Virus record (IMG/VR): IMGVR_UViG_3300025674_000018
Length of the DNA: 64,000 nt
Source: an uncultured virus (IMG/VR IMGVR_UViG_3300025674_000018)
Lineage: Duplodnaviria; Heunggongvirae; Uroviricota; Caudoviricetes; Kyanoviridae
Strand: one strand, 5' to 3'
Position 1 is the stretch's first letter. Every line of letters begins with the position of its first letter. The position numbers were made by a program, and so were the translations under genes. Shown in pieces: positions 51,244 through 58,035 of this stretch. Below the pieces are notes generated by a model, which saw nothing but the letters and a program-made list of their open reading frames with translations, made no database searches and had not been told where the DNA came from.

Positions 51244-53346
51244 ATGCCTGCCGTCTCGAAAAAACAGCAGCGTTTCTTCGGGATGGTCCGAGCTGCTCAG
51301 AAAGGTGAGGGAGCGTCATCGCCTGAGGTTGCCAAAGTTGCTGCCAGCATAAAAAAGAAAGACGCCAAAGATTTTGCTTCCACCAAACACAAAGGACTAC
51401 CAATGAAAAAGGAAGAATATGATCTCGAAGAGGGTATGTCCCTCAAAGACTTCAAAGCAAACCGCAGAAAACTCAAGCGTAGAGAAGCCTCTGCCGATGC
51501 CAAGAAGAGAGGGCACGTTGGTAAGGAATGGTATAACAGTGGTAGGACCTATTCTCCTGATGAAGCGAAGTTTGGTCGTGCAAATATGCAAGATCATGAA
51601 AGAAGCACAAGAAAGCGTAGTGCTATAGATCCTGAGGCTGAGGATGATAACTACTCAGCAGATAAGACCAAAAACCCTAAGAAACTCCGCAAGCAAAAGG
51701 CAATGGGTGAATCAATGATTAACGAAGAAGATTACGATCGCATGAAAGACCGCCGCATGGAGCGTGGTGGAGTTGATGGAAACAATCGTTACGATCGCCC
51801 CCCTGCAAAGAAACTGAGCAATGCTGAGCTCGGTATCAAACCTGCGAAGAAGAGTGGTCAGTCTGCTCTTGACATCGTTAAGGGTCAGATTCGTGCCAAG
51901 TATGGCGACAAAGCAATCATTGACACCAAAAAGAATAAGGCAAACGAAGGTTATGCCCCTGGTGATGTAGATCAGAAGGTTGGTGCTGTCACTGCTATTC
52001 CTAAGGATGAGCGTGATGCTGCTAAAGAAAGACTTCTGAAGAAGGCAGCAGCAAAGCGTGCAGCACTTAAAAAGGAAGAAGTCATCCATGAGGATGAGTA
52101 TCGCAAACTGATGGCACAGGAGCGCAAAGCAGAGAAGGAAAAGGAAGCAAAGCGTGCAGGTCGTAAGAGCATCAATCCTGGTAAGCAAGCTGCAAGTATC
52201 GGTAAAGATTACGCAAACAGTCAAATGAATTTTCATAGAAAAGTAACTGGTAAGACCACCACAACTGAAGAAATTAAGTTTGCTGGTAACTACCAGGGTC
52301 CCCTGTATGCACCCCATCCCGACCTGGCCGAAGCAGCCAACAGAGCAGAATATGAGAAGATTGCGAAAGAACCTGCTCCTAAGGATGATAAGAAAGTAGC
52401 ATATTCTTTCAAGGACAATAAGGACAGACAGAGAGATCTCAAAAAACTAGCAAGATTGGTCAGACATGCTGACGGTCAGAGGAGAAATCCTGCAATGTAT
52501 AACTCTTTTGAACCAGAAGGTGAGCAGATCAATGAGCGTGGTGACTTCTGGCATCCCGATCCCGAGAAGGATCGCAAACTGGGTGGTCCTGGTGCTAACC
52601 AGCGTGCTCGTGAAGATCGTGCTGATGCCGCTAAACCCAAGAAGGATTACAGCAAGACAACCAAGCCTGGTGAATCCTACATGGATTATGCCAAGCGTAA
52701 GAAAGCAGAGGCATCGAAGAGGACCACCAAGTATTCTCCTGAGTTGCAGAAGCGTATCGATGCTGCTAAAGCAAAGAAGAAAGAAGGTATCGTCGGTAAG
52801 ATCGCTCGTAAGATTGGTCTGAAGAAAGAAGATTGTCAGAAGACCTATCGTGAGTTTATTGCAGAAGGCAACCGCACTGGTCGCATGATGCAAAAGTCCA
52901 AGACTCAAGTTACTGGTCACATTTCTGCTGACCGTGGAGATGACGAGAAGAAGAATCGTGAGGGTCGTAAGGGTCTTGAGAAGGACCTTAAGAAGCACGG
53001 TATCGGTCACAAGAAAGGTGTGGGCGAGTATAAGTATGGCAGTGGTGAAACTGGTCGTGAGGTTTCCTATCAGACATCAAAACCTGATAAGATGTCTAAG
53101 CGTAGATTTGGTAAAGTAATGCGTCGTCTGGGACGCAAGCATGGGCAAGAATCTGTGATCACCAAAGATAAAGACAAACCAGCAAAACTGCACTATACTG
53201 AGAAAGGTAGCAAGGCAAAGTCTGACTCTATTGGTAAGACTAAGGCTGGCAAGCATCCCGAAGGTTACGGTGAAACATCTGGCACCAAGGTGAGAGGCGG
53301 CAAACTTCCAAAGAAAACCACTAAAGGAGCGTATCATTATGGCTGA
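51244..53346 (+). CDS. Highly basic 700-aa protein, putative internal head polyprotein
   Basis: K/R-rich modules separated by (I/L/K)-x-E(E) motifs, with an internal KTYREFIAE. Confidence 0.7.
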   Translation: MPAVSKKQQRFFGMVRAAQKGEGASSPEVAKVAASIKKKDAKDFASTKHKGLPMKKEEYDLEEGMSLKDFKANRRKLKRREASADAKKRGHVGKEWYNSGRTYSPDEAKFGRANMQDHERSTRKRSAIDPEAEDDNYSADKTKNPKKLRKQKAMGESMINEEDYDRMKDRRMERGGVDGNNRYDRPPAKKLSNAELGIKPAKKSGQSALDIVKGQIRAKYGDKAIIDTKKNKANEGYAPGDVDQKVGAVTAIPKDERDAAKERLLKKAAAKRAALKKEEVIHEDEYRKLMAQERKAEKEKEAKRAGRKSINPGKQAASIGKDYANSQMNFHRKVTGKTTTTEEIKFAGNYQGPLYAPHPDLAEAANRAEYEKIAKEPAPKDDKKVAYSFKDNKDRQRDLKKLARLVRHADGQRRNPAMYNSFEPEGEQINERGDFWHPDPEKDRKLGGPGANQRAREDRADAAKPKKDYSKTTKPGESYMDYAKRKKAEASKRTTKYSPELQKRIDAAKAKKKEGIVGKIARKIGLKKEDCQKTYREFIAEGNRTGRMMQKSKTQVTGHISADRGDDEKKNREGRKGLEKDLKKHGIGHKKGVGEYKYGSGETGREVSYQTSKPDKMSKRRFGKVMRRLGRKHGQESVITKDKDKPAKLHYTEKGSKAKSDSIGKTKAGKHPEGYGETSGTKVRGGKLPKKTTKGAYHYG

Positions 53347-53473
53347 GTTGTATGACAAGGATAAATTCAAGTGTAAGTATTGTGGAGTGACCCCTCCCAA
53401 GGGACATTGGCGTCCTACGACGTGGTTGGAAAAGCACGAAGCAAATTGTCCAAATAAGACTAAACCCCAATGA
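53339..53473 (+). CDS. 44-aa C2HC zinc-finger-like microprotein (MAELYDKDKFKCKYCGVTPPKGHWRPTTWLEKHEANCPNKTKPQ)
   Basis: Translated by hand. AGGAG ribosome-binding site; overlaps both neighbours; CxxC...HxxxC. Confidence 0.7.
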   Translation: MAELYDKDKFKCKYCGVTPPKGHWRPTTWLEKHEANCPNKTKPQ

Positions 53474-53832
53474 AAAGTTTCAGGCAGTATATTTCAGAAA
53501 AGCAAGATTGCCCAGAAGGCACCTCTTGGTGTACTAAGTGCAAACGTTGCAAAGAAGTCCCCTGTGGGAAGGAGATGAAGGTTGAGGAAGGTGCTGCCTG
53601 GACTAAGAAGGAAGGGCAGAATAAAGAAGGTGGTCTCAATGAGAAGGGACGCAAGTCCTATGAAGCAGAGAATCCTGGTAGTGATCTGAAAGCACCTCAA
53701 CCCAAAGGTGGTCCTCGCAAGAAATCCTTCTGTGCTCGTATGTCAGGAATGAAAAACAAATTGACTAGCAAGAAAACTGCTAATGATCCAGACTCACGCA
53801 TCAACAAGTCACTCAGAGCCTGGAATTGCTAA
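53470..53832 (+). CDS. Basic protein with a capsid-targeting-like N-terminus (MKSFRQYISE)
   Basis: The N-terminus resembles the T4 internal-protein targeting sequence; GGLNEKGRKSY...RKKSFCARMSG...SRINKSLRAWNC module. Confidence 0.75.
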   Translation: MKSFRQYISEKQDCPEGTSWCTKCKRCKEVPCGKEMKVEEGAAWTKKEGQNKEGGLNEKGRKSYEAENPGSDLKAPQPKGGPRKKSFCARMSGMKNKLTSKKTANDPDSRINKSLRAWNC

Positions 53833-53922
53833 TTTAATAATTTCTTCTGATGTCTTACATCAGTCTTAAGAATGTCTCATTTTAGTAAATAGTGGTATAC
53901 TGTAAGTAACGGCTTGATACCA

Positions 53923-54141
53923 ATGCTGGCATTTTACTTAATGGTTGTCATCCTACTCTGCATGATTTGGTATGCTGGGTATGAGGGAACCATGCGTGTG
54001 TTTACCTACCTAGATTTACAACTACGCTATTTCGGTATCAAAGTCCAGATGTGGAGAATGAAGAGACAGTTGGAAAAGCAACTAGATCTTCCACCCACTG
54101 ACTTTTCTTCCATATTTGAGGAAATCAGAAATGACAAATAA
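53923..54141 (+). CDS. Hypothetical single-TM protein
   Basis: Hydrophobic N-terminus; follows a promoter-like region at 53884-53901. Confidence 0.65.
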   Translation: MLAFYLMVVILLCMIWYAGYEGTMRVFTYLDLQLRYFGIKVQMWRMKRQLEKQLDLPPTDFSSIFEEIRNDK

Positions 54142-54391
54142 AGAGCTGTCCGATCTTTCCCTGGAAAGAAAGGAATGCCCGAAGTGTGGTGCCACTTGGT
54201 TAAACGGAGAGCACCGATGGATTGGGACTGGCAAGAAAGGATCTGAGTTAGATCTTGCAGGTCTCGTATGTAATAAACTTGGTGATGATACCTGTATCAA
54301 TCCTTGCAGGGGTCAAGATGGTGGTGACACCTGGGAGAAACGGTTAGGGGATCTTGACAGTAAGTCTTTCCCAGAAGGTATTGAGACCTAA
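54131..54391 (+). CDS. Hypothetical Cys-containing protein
   Basis: CPKCGATW...LAGLVCN...CINPC; GAGG ribosome-binding site. Confidence 0.75.
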   Translation: MTNKELSDLSLERKECPKCGATWLNGEHRWIGTGKKGSELDLAGLVCNKLGDDTCINPCRGQDGGDTWEKRLGDLDSKSFPEGIET

Positions 54392-54417
54392 ATACTGGCA
54401 GTTACATACCACCCGTA

Positions 54418-54549
54418 ATGGAACACTTGCTTGGATGGGCACTTGCTATCGTAGCAGTGCCTTTTGTCATAACGACCATCTATTTTGGCGCTAGGAGAGG
54501 TGGGTATTATGACACCGAACAGTATAAGGGAAATGGCACCGCACACTAG
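54418..54549 (+). CDS. ndhP: NdhP-like NDH-1 small subunit, 43 aa (MEHLLGWALAIVAVPFVITTIYFGARRGGYYDTEQYKGNGTAH)
   Basis: One TM helix followed by FG..gGyYDt.qY.GNGtAH, matching the cyanobacterial NdhP C-terminus as I recall it (FFGTRNGFYDTDQYHGNGSAH). CCTAAATA at 54387-54394. Confidence 0.85.
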   Translation: MEHLLGWALAIVAVPFVITTIYFGARRGGYYDTEQYKGNGTAH

Positions 54550-54733
54550 GCAGCGATTTCATTTCGCAGCATCATCTTTTTCCAGAATGTTTGGTGTTGA
54601 TAAGGTTACCCCAGAGATGCTGGACTTTTGTGTCGGGTGGGCAGAGCAAACAATGCCTGCCCCACTAGAAGGGTTGACTGAAGTGGACATTTACTTTAGA
54701 AGGTTATGGACCATGCGACTATCATACAGTTAG
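54533..54733 (+). CDS. Hypothetical protein (MAPHTRQRFHFAASSFSRMFG...)
   Basis: Overlaps the end of ndhP; the start may instead be 54509. Confidence 0.6.
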   Translation: MAPHTRQRFHFAASSFSRMFGVDKVTPEMLDFCVGWAEQTMPAPLEGLTEVDIYFRRLWTMRLSYS

Positions 54734-54801
54734 GCATACTCACTTTCATGTGTATGTTTGGCATATTTTTATTTTTGATTTCTATTCTGTCAGACATATG
54801 A
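54706..54801 (+). CDS. 31-aa hydrophobic micropeptide (MDHATIIQLGILTFMCMFGIFLFLISILSDI)
   Basis: Translated by hand; AAGG upstream; the stop overlaps the next ATG (ATGATG). Confidence 0.5.
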   Translation: MDHATIIQLGILTFMCMFGIFLFLISILSDI

Positions 54802-54959
54802 TGCACGAATTGGGACATATTGCACGAGTCGTAATGGAGAGTCCCGTCGCTCTAGGAGTTATGGGATTCTCTTTGGTGTTTATTCCTATTTTAGGTATGT
54901 GGGCTGTGCATAAATATGGATGGGAACATTGGGAACCCTTTGCGAGAAAGCACAAATGA
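54798..54959 (+). CDS. Single-TM microprotein (MMHELGHIARVVMESPVALGVMGFSLVFIPILGMWAVHKYGWEHWEPFARKHK)
   Basis: Coupled to both neighbours by ATGA overlaps; one TM segment. Confidence 0.65.
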   Translation: MMHELGHIARVVMESPVALGVMGFSLVFIPILGMWAVHKYGWEHWEPFARKHK

Positions 54960-55165
54960 ATCCAGTCATATTAGTAGGGTGTTTCACACCTCTAATTATT
55001 TTATTCATTGTGATGAAACTAGCGGTTTGGATTGAAGCGGTAAATGCCGAGACCGATTATGTCGAAAGAGAATCCAGAAAACCACACGGACCCTATGTGG
55101 CAAATGCATATGCAGATGTTGACGAGGAGGATGAGGAATATGGAGATCGCACAGACTATCGATGA
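54956..55165 (+). CDS. Single-TM small protein with acidic tail
   Basis: MNPVILVGCFTPLIILFIVMKLAVW...DVDEEDEEY. Confidence 0.7.
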   Translation: MNPVILVGCFTPLIILFIVMKLAVWIEAVNAETDYVERESRKPHGPYVANAYADVDEEDEEYGDRTDYR

Positions 55166-55286
55166 TGCTCTGTTTGAGTGGTATTCTGAAAGGGGTCTAG
55201 ACGTGCCCGACTGGAGAATCAGAAAAGATCCACAATGGTGGACTGATTATCTTATCAGTTTAGGTTTAGATCCAAAGAATCCATGA
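55140..55286 (+). CDS. Small Trp-rich hypothetical protein
   Basis: MEIAQTIDDALFEWYSERG...DPQWWTDYL; GAGG ribosome-binding site. Confidence 0.6.
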   Translation: MEIAQTIDDALFEWYSERGLDVPDWRIRKDPQWWTDYLISLGLDPKNP

Positions 55287-55498
55287 ACTTATTACTCCGT
55301 CCACTCAATGATGTTAATGACGTGACATGGAGTATCATCCTTTGCATGGTGATATTACTTGCTGGTGTTTTGTATTATGTCGCCTATATACTAAGACTAG
55401 CATTTAAGGAGATGCAGGAAGATGGCCAAGTCCGCAAACAAGGGCAAGAAGGGTCAATCGAAGCAGAATCAAGGCAATGCGACTGCGAAGAAAGCTAA
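55283..55498 (+). CDS. Single-TM small protein
   Basis: MNLLLRPLNDVNDVTWSIILCMVILLAGVLYYVAYIL; ATGA coupling. Confidence 0.7.
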   Translation: MNLLLRPLNDVNDVTWSIILCMVILLAGVLYYVAYILRLAFKEMQEDGQVRKQGQEGSIEAESRQCDCEES

Positions 55499-55520
55499 AA
55501 ACGGAGGCAAGAAAAAGTAA
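55422..55520 (+). CDS. 32-aa Lys-rich peptide (MAKSANKGKKGQSKQNQGNATAKKAKNGGKKK)
   Basis: Translated by hand; GGAG/AGGA upstream; TAATG coupling to the nuclease gene. Confidence 0.55.
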   Translation: MAKSANKGKKGQSKQNQGNATAKKAKNGGKKK

Positions 55521-55978
55521 TGGGAGCAATGACACCACCTAGCAGGAAGTCCTGCTACAATTTTCGTGTGACCACTATTGATAGAGTATTAGATGGCGAT
55601 ACCATTGATGTCACGATCGACTTGGGTTTCGATCTTTACAAGAAAGAAAGAGTCCGAGTTGCAGGAGTTGATACCCCCGAAAAGCGAACTAAGGATGATG
55701 AAGAGAAGGCTCTGGGTTACGATGCCACAAACTGGCTTAAGGAGAAGCTTGAAGGTGCTATCGCTGGCGATGATGACCTTGTTATTAGGACTGAGCTTGT
55801 TGGCGGTGTTGGTAAATACGGTAGACTTCTCGGATGGTTATACATTGGAGATGCTGAAGATTCTCTTAATGAGCAGATGATCAAAGAGGGGTATGCCTGG
55901 GCATATGATGGTGGCACCAAACAGAAGGACTTTGAAGAGTTGCGTGAAATCCGCAGACAGCATGGAACATTAGTATGA
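55520..55978 (+). CDS. Staphylococcal nuclease (thermonuclease)-like protein
   Basis: RVLDGDTID, RVRVAGVDTPE, GKYGRLLG, LNEQMIKEGYA. Confidence 0.9.
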   Translation: MGAMTPPSRKSCYNFRVTTIDRVLDGDTIDVTIDLGFDLYKKERVRVAGVDTPEKRTKDDEEKALGYDATNWLKEKLEGAIAGDDDLVIRTELVGGVGKYGRLLGWLYIGDAEDSLNEQMIKEGYAWAYDGGTKQKDFEELREIRRQHGTLV

Positions 55979-56073
55979 TTAGTACACTATTTGTTTTTGG
56001 TTTTACTTTACTGTTGTGTTGGGGAATGGAAGCAACATTCCCAACTGGCACTAAAGGTATTAAAAGGTATTGA
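55975..56073 (+). CDS. 32-aa hydrophobic micropeptide (MISTLFVFGFTLLLCWGMEATFPTGTKGIKRY)
   Basis: ATGA overlap; fills the gap to g17. Confidence 0.5.
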   Translation: MISTLFVFGFTLLLCWGMEATFPTGTKGIKRY

Positions 56074-56076
56074 GTA

Positions 56077-57729
56077 ATGCAACCAACTGACATTTATCTT
56101 GGTAATCCTAATCTAAAGAAGGCAAATATTGCTCAGAATTTTACACCTGAGCAAGTTGAAGAGTTTGTCAAGTGTAGTCAGGATCCAGTGTATTTTATTA
56201 AAAACTACATTCAGATCATCTCTCTTGACAAAGGTCTCATTCCTTTTGAATTGTATCCATTCCAAGCGGATATGGTTACCAAGTTTCATGAGAATCGATT
56301 CAACATTGCCAAACTACCACGACAGTCAGGTAAGTCCACTGTGGTTACTGCCTACCTGTTGTGGTATTCGCTGTTCAACGATAACGTAAATATTGCCATC
56401 CTTGCTAACAAGGCAGCGACGGCAAGGGAAATGCTTCAACGTTTGCAATTATCCTATGAAAACCTCCCCAAGTGGATGCAGCAAGGAGTCGTCAACTGGA
56501 ACCGAGGTAGTTTGGAATTGGAGAATGGAAGTAAGATCATGGCTGCATCTACTTCCGCTTCTGCTGTCAGGGGCATGTCTTTTAATATCATTTTTCTGGA
56601 CGAATTCGCGTTCATTCCGACTCACATTGCTGACGAGTTCTTTAGCTCTGTGTATCCTACTATCTCTTCTGGTAAATCAACCAAGGTGATTATCATCTCC
56701 ACGCCCAAGGGGATGAATATGTTTTACAAACTCTGGCATGATGCAGAGTTGGGTCGTAATGAATATGTCACCACAGATGTTCACTGGTCTGAGGTGCCTG
56801 GTAGAGATGAAGACTGGAAGGAGCAGACGATACGAAACACGTCTCCTGAGCAGTTTAACCAAGAGTTTGAGTGTGAGTTTCTTGGATCTGCAAACACTCT
56901 GATTGCACCAAGCAAACTCAAGACACTTGTGTATGAGGAGCCAAAGGAGTCTCATGCTGGACTTGATATTTGGAAAGACCCTGAGCCAGAGCATCAATAT
57001 GTGATGACGGTTGACGTTGCACGGGGTCTGACTAAGGACTATTCAGCGTTTGTCGTTGTTGATACGACAACCATTCCATATGAGATCGTTGCTAAATACA
57101 GAAACAACTCAATCAAACCACTTCTATTTCCAAACGTAATCCATCAGGTCGCTTGCAATTACAACCATGCTTATATAATGGTTGAGGTGAATGACATCGG
57201 TGGACAGGTGGCAGACATCCTTCAATTTGACTTAGAGTATGATAATCTCCTCATGTGCGCCATGAGGGGAAGGGCAGGACAAGTTGTTGGGCAAGGATTC
57301 TCGGGCACTAAGACTCAACTTGGAGTCAAGATGAGTGTTACCGTTAAGAAGTCTGGTTGCTCAAACCTCAAACAGTTGATTGAGGGGGATAAACTTTTAT
57401 TCAATGACTACGACATTATTGCTGAGTTGACCACCTTTATCCAAAGGGGTCCAGCGTGGGAAGCAGAAGAGGGATGTAATGATGACCTTGCAATGTGTCT
57501 GGTTATCTTTTCTTGGGTTGCACTAACGGATTATTTTAAGGAGCTGCACGATGCTGATGTGAGGCAGCGTTTATACCTTGACCAGAAGGAGCAAATCGAA
57601 GCCGATATGGCACCCTTTGGATTTGTTGATGATGGACTTGTCGCTACAGAGACGTTTGTCGATAAGGATGGTGATGTCTGGCGCACAGATGAATATGGTG
57701 ATATGTCGTACATGTGGGACTATAGATAG
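56077..57729 (+). CDS. g17: Terminase large subunit gp17
   Basis: YLGNPNLK, Walker A PRQSGKS, Walker B IIFLDEFAF, STPKG, nuclease motifs VDVARG..DYS and NDDL.M. Confidence 0.97.
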   Translation: MQPTDIYLGNPNLKKANIAQNFTPEQVEEFVKCSQDPVYFIKNYIQIISLDKGLIPFELYPFQADMVTKFHENRFNIAKLPRQSGKSTVVTAYLLWYSLFNDNVNIAILANKAATAREMLQRLQLSYENLPKWMQQGVVNWNRGSLELENGSKIMAASTSASAVRGMSFNIIFLDEFAFIPTHIADEFFSSVYPTISSGKSTKVIIISTPKGMNMFYKLWHDAELGRNEYVTTDVHWSEVPGRDEDWKEQTIRNTSPEQFNQEFECEFLGSANTLIAPSKLKTLVYEEPKESHAGLDIWKDPEPEHQYVMTVDVARGLTKDYSAFVVVDTTTIPYEIVAKYRNNSIKPLLFPNVIHQVACNYNHAYIMVEVNDIGGQVADILQFDLEYDNLLMCAMRGRAGQVVGQGFSGTKTQLGVKMSVTVKKSGCSNLKQLIEGDKLLFNDYDIIAELTTFIQRGPAWEAEEGCNDDLAMCLVIFSWVALTDYFKELHDADVRQRLYLDQKEQIEADMAPFGFVDDGLVATETFVDKDGDVWRTDEYGDMSYMWDYR

Positions 57730-57950
57730 TGGACCTAGAAGACCAATTTGGACTTGAGCATTTACTCCTCACACAGAGGAGATGTCGGTCCTGTGGCAAG
57801 GTCAAAGATTTAATGGATGAGTTTTATTTGACTCGAAAGAATAGAAGTGCTTTGTCATCATATTCATACGAATGTAAAGTCTGCACGATCAAACGGATAG
57901 TAAAGGGCAGAAAGCAGGATACGACTGGATGGACCTACCCCGACTGGTAA
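57729..57950 (+). CDS. Small zinc-ribbon protein
   Basis: GTG start; RRCRSCGKVK...EFY...YSYECKVC. Confidence 0.7.
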   Translation: MDLEDQFGLEHLLLTQRRCRSCGKVKDLMDEFYLTRKNRSALSSYSYECKVCTIKRIVKGRKQDTTGWTYPDW

Positions 57951-57988
57951 TGTTCATGCATGGCTTCCCCACTGAAAAAAGTCTTTTT

Positions 57989-57996
57989 GCTAAATA
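57989..57996 (+). promoter_or_regulatory. Late promoter GCTAAATA
   Basis: Upstream of g18, which has an AGGAG ribosome-binding site. Confidence 0.7.
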
Positions 57997-58035
57997 TTTG
58001 TAGCATCCGAAATTGACCACTCAGGAGACTTACAG

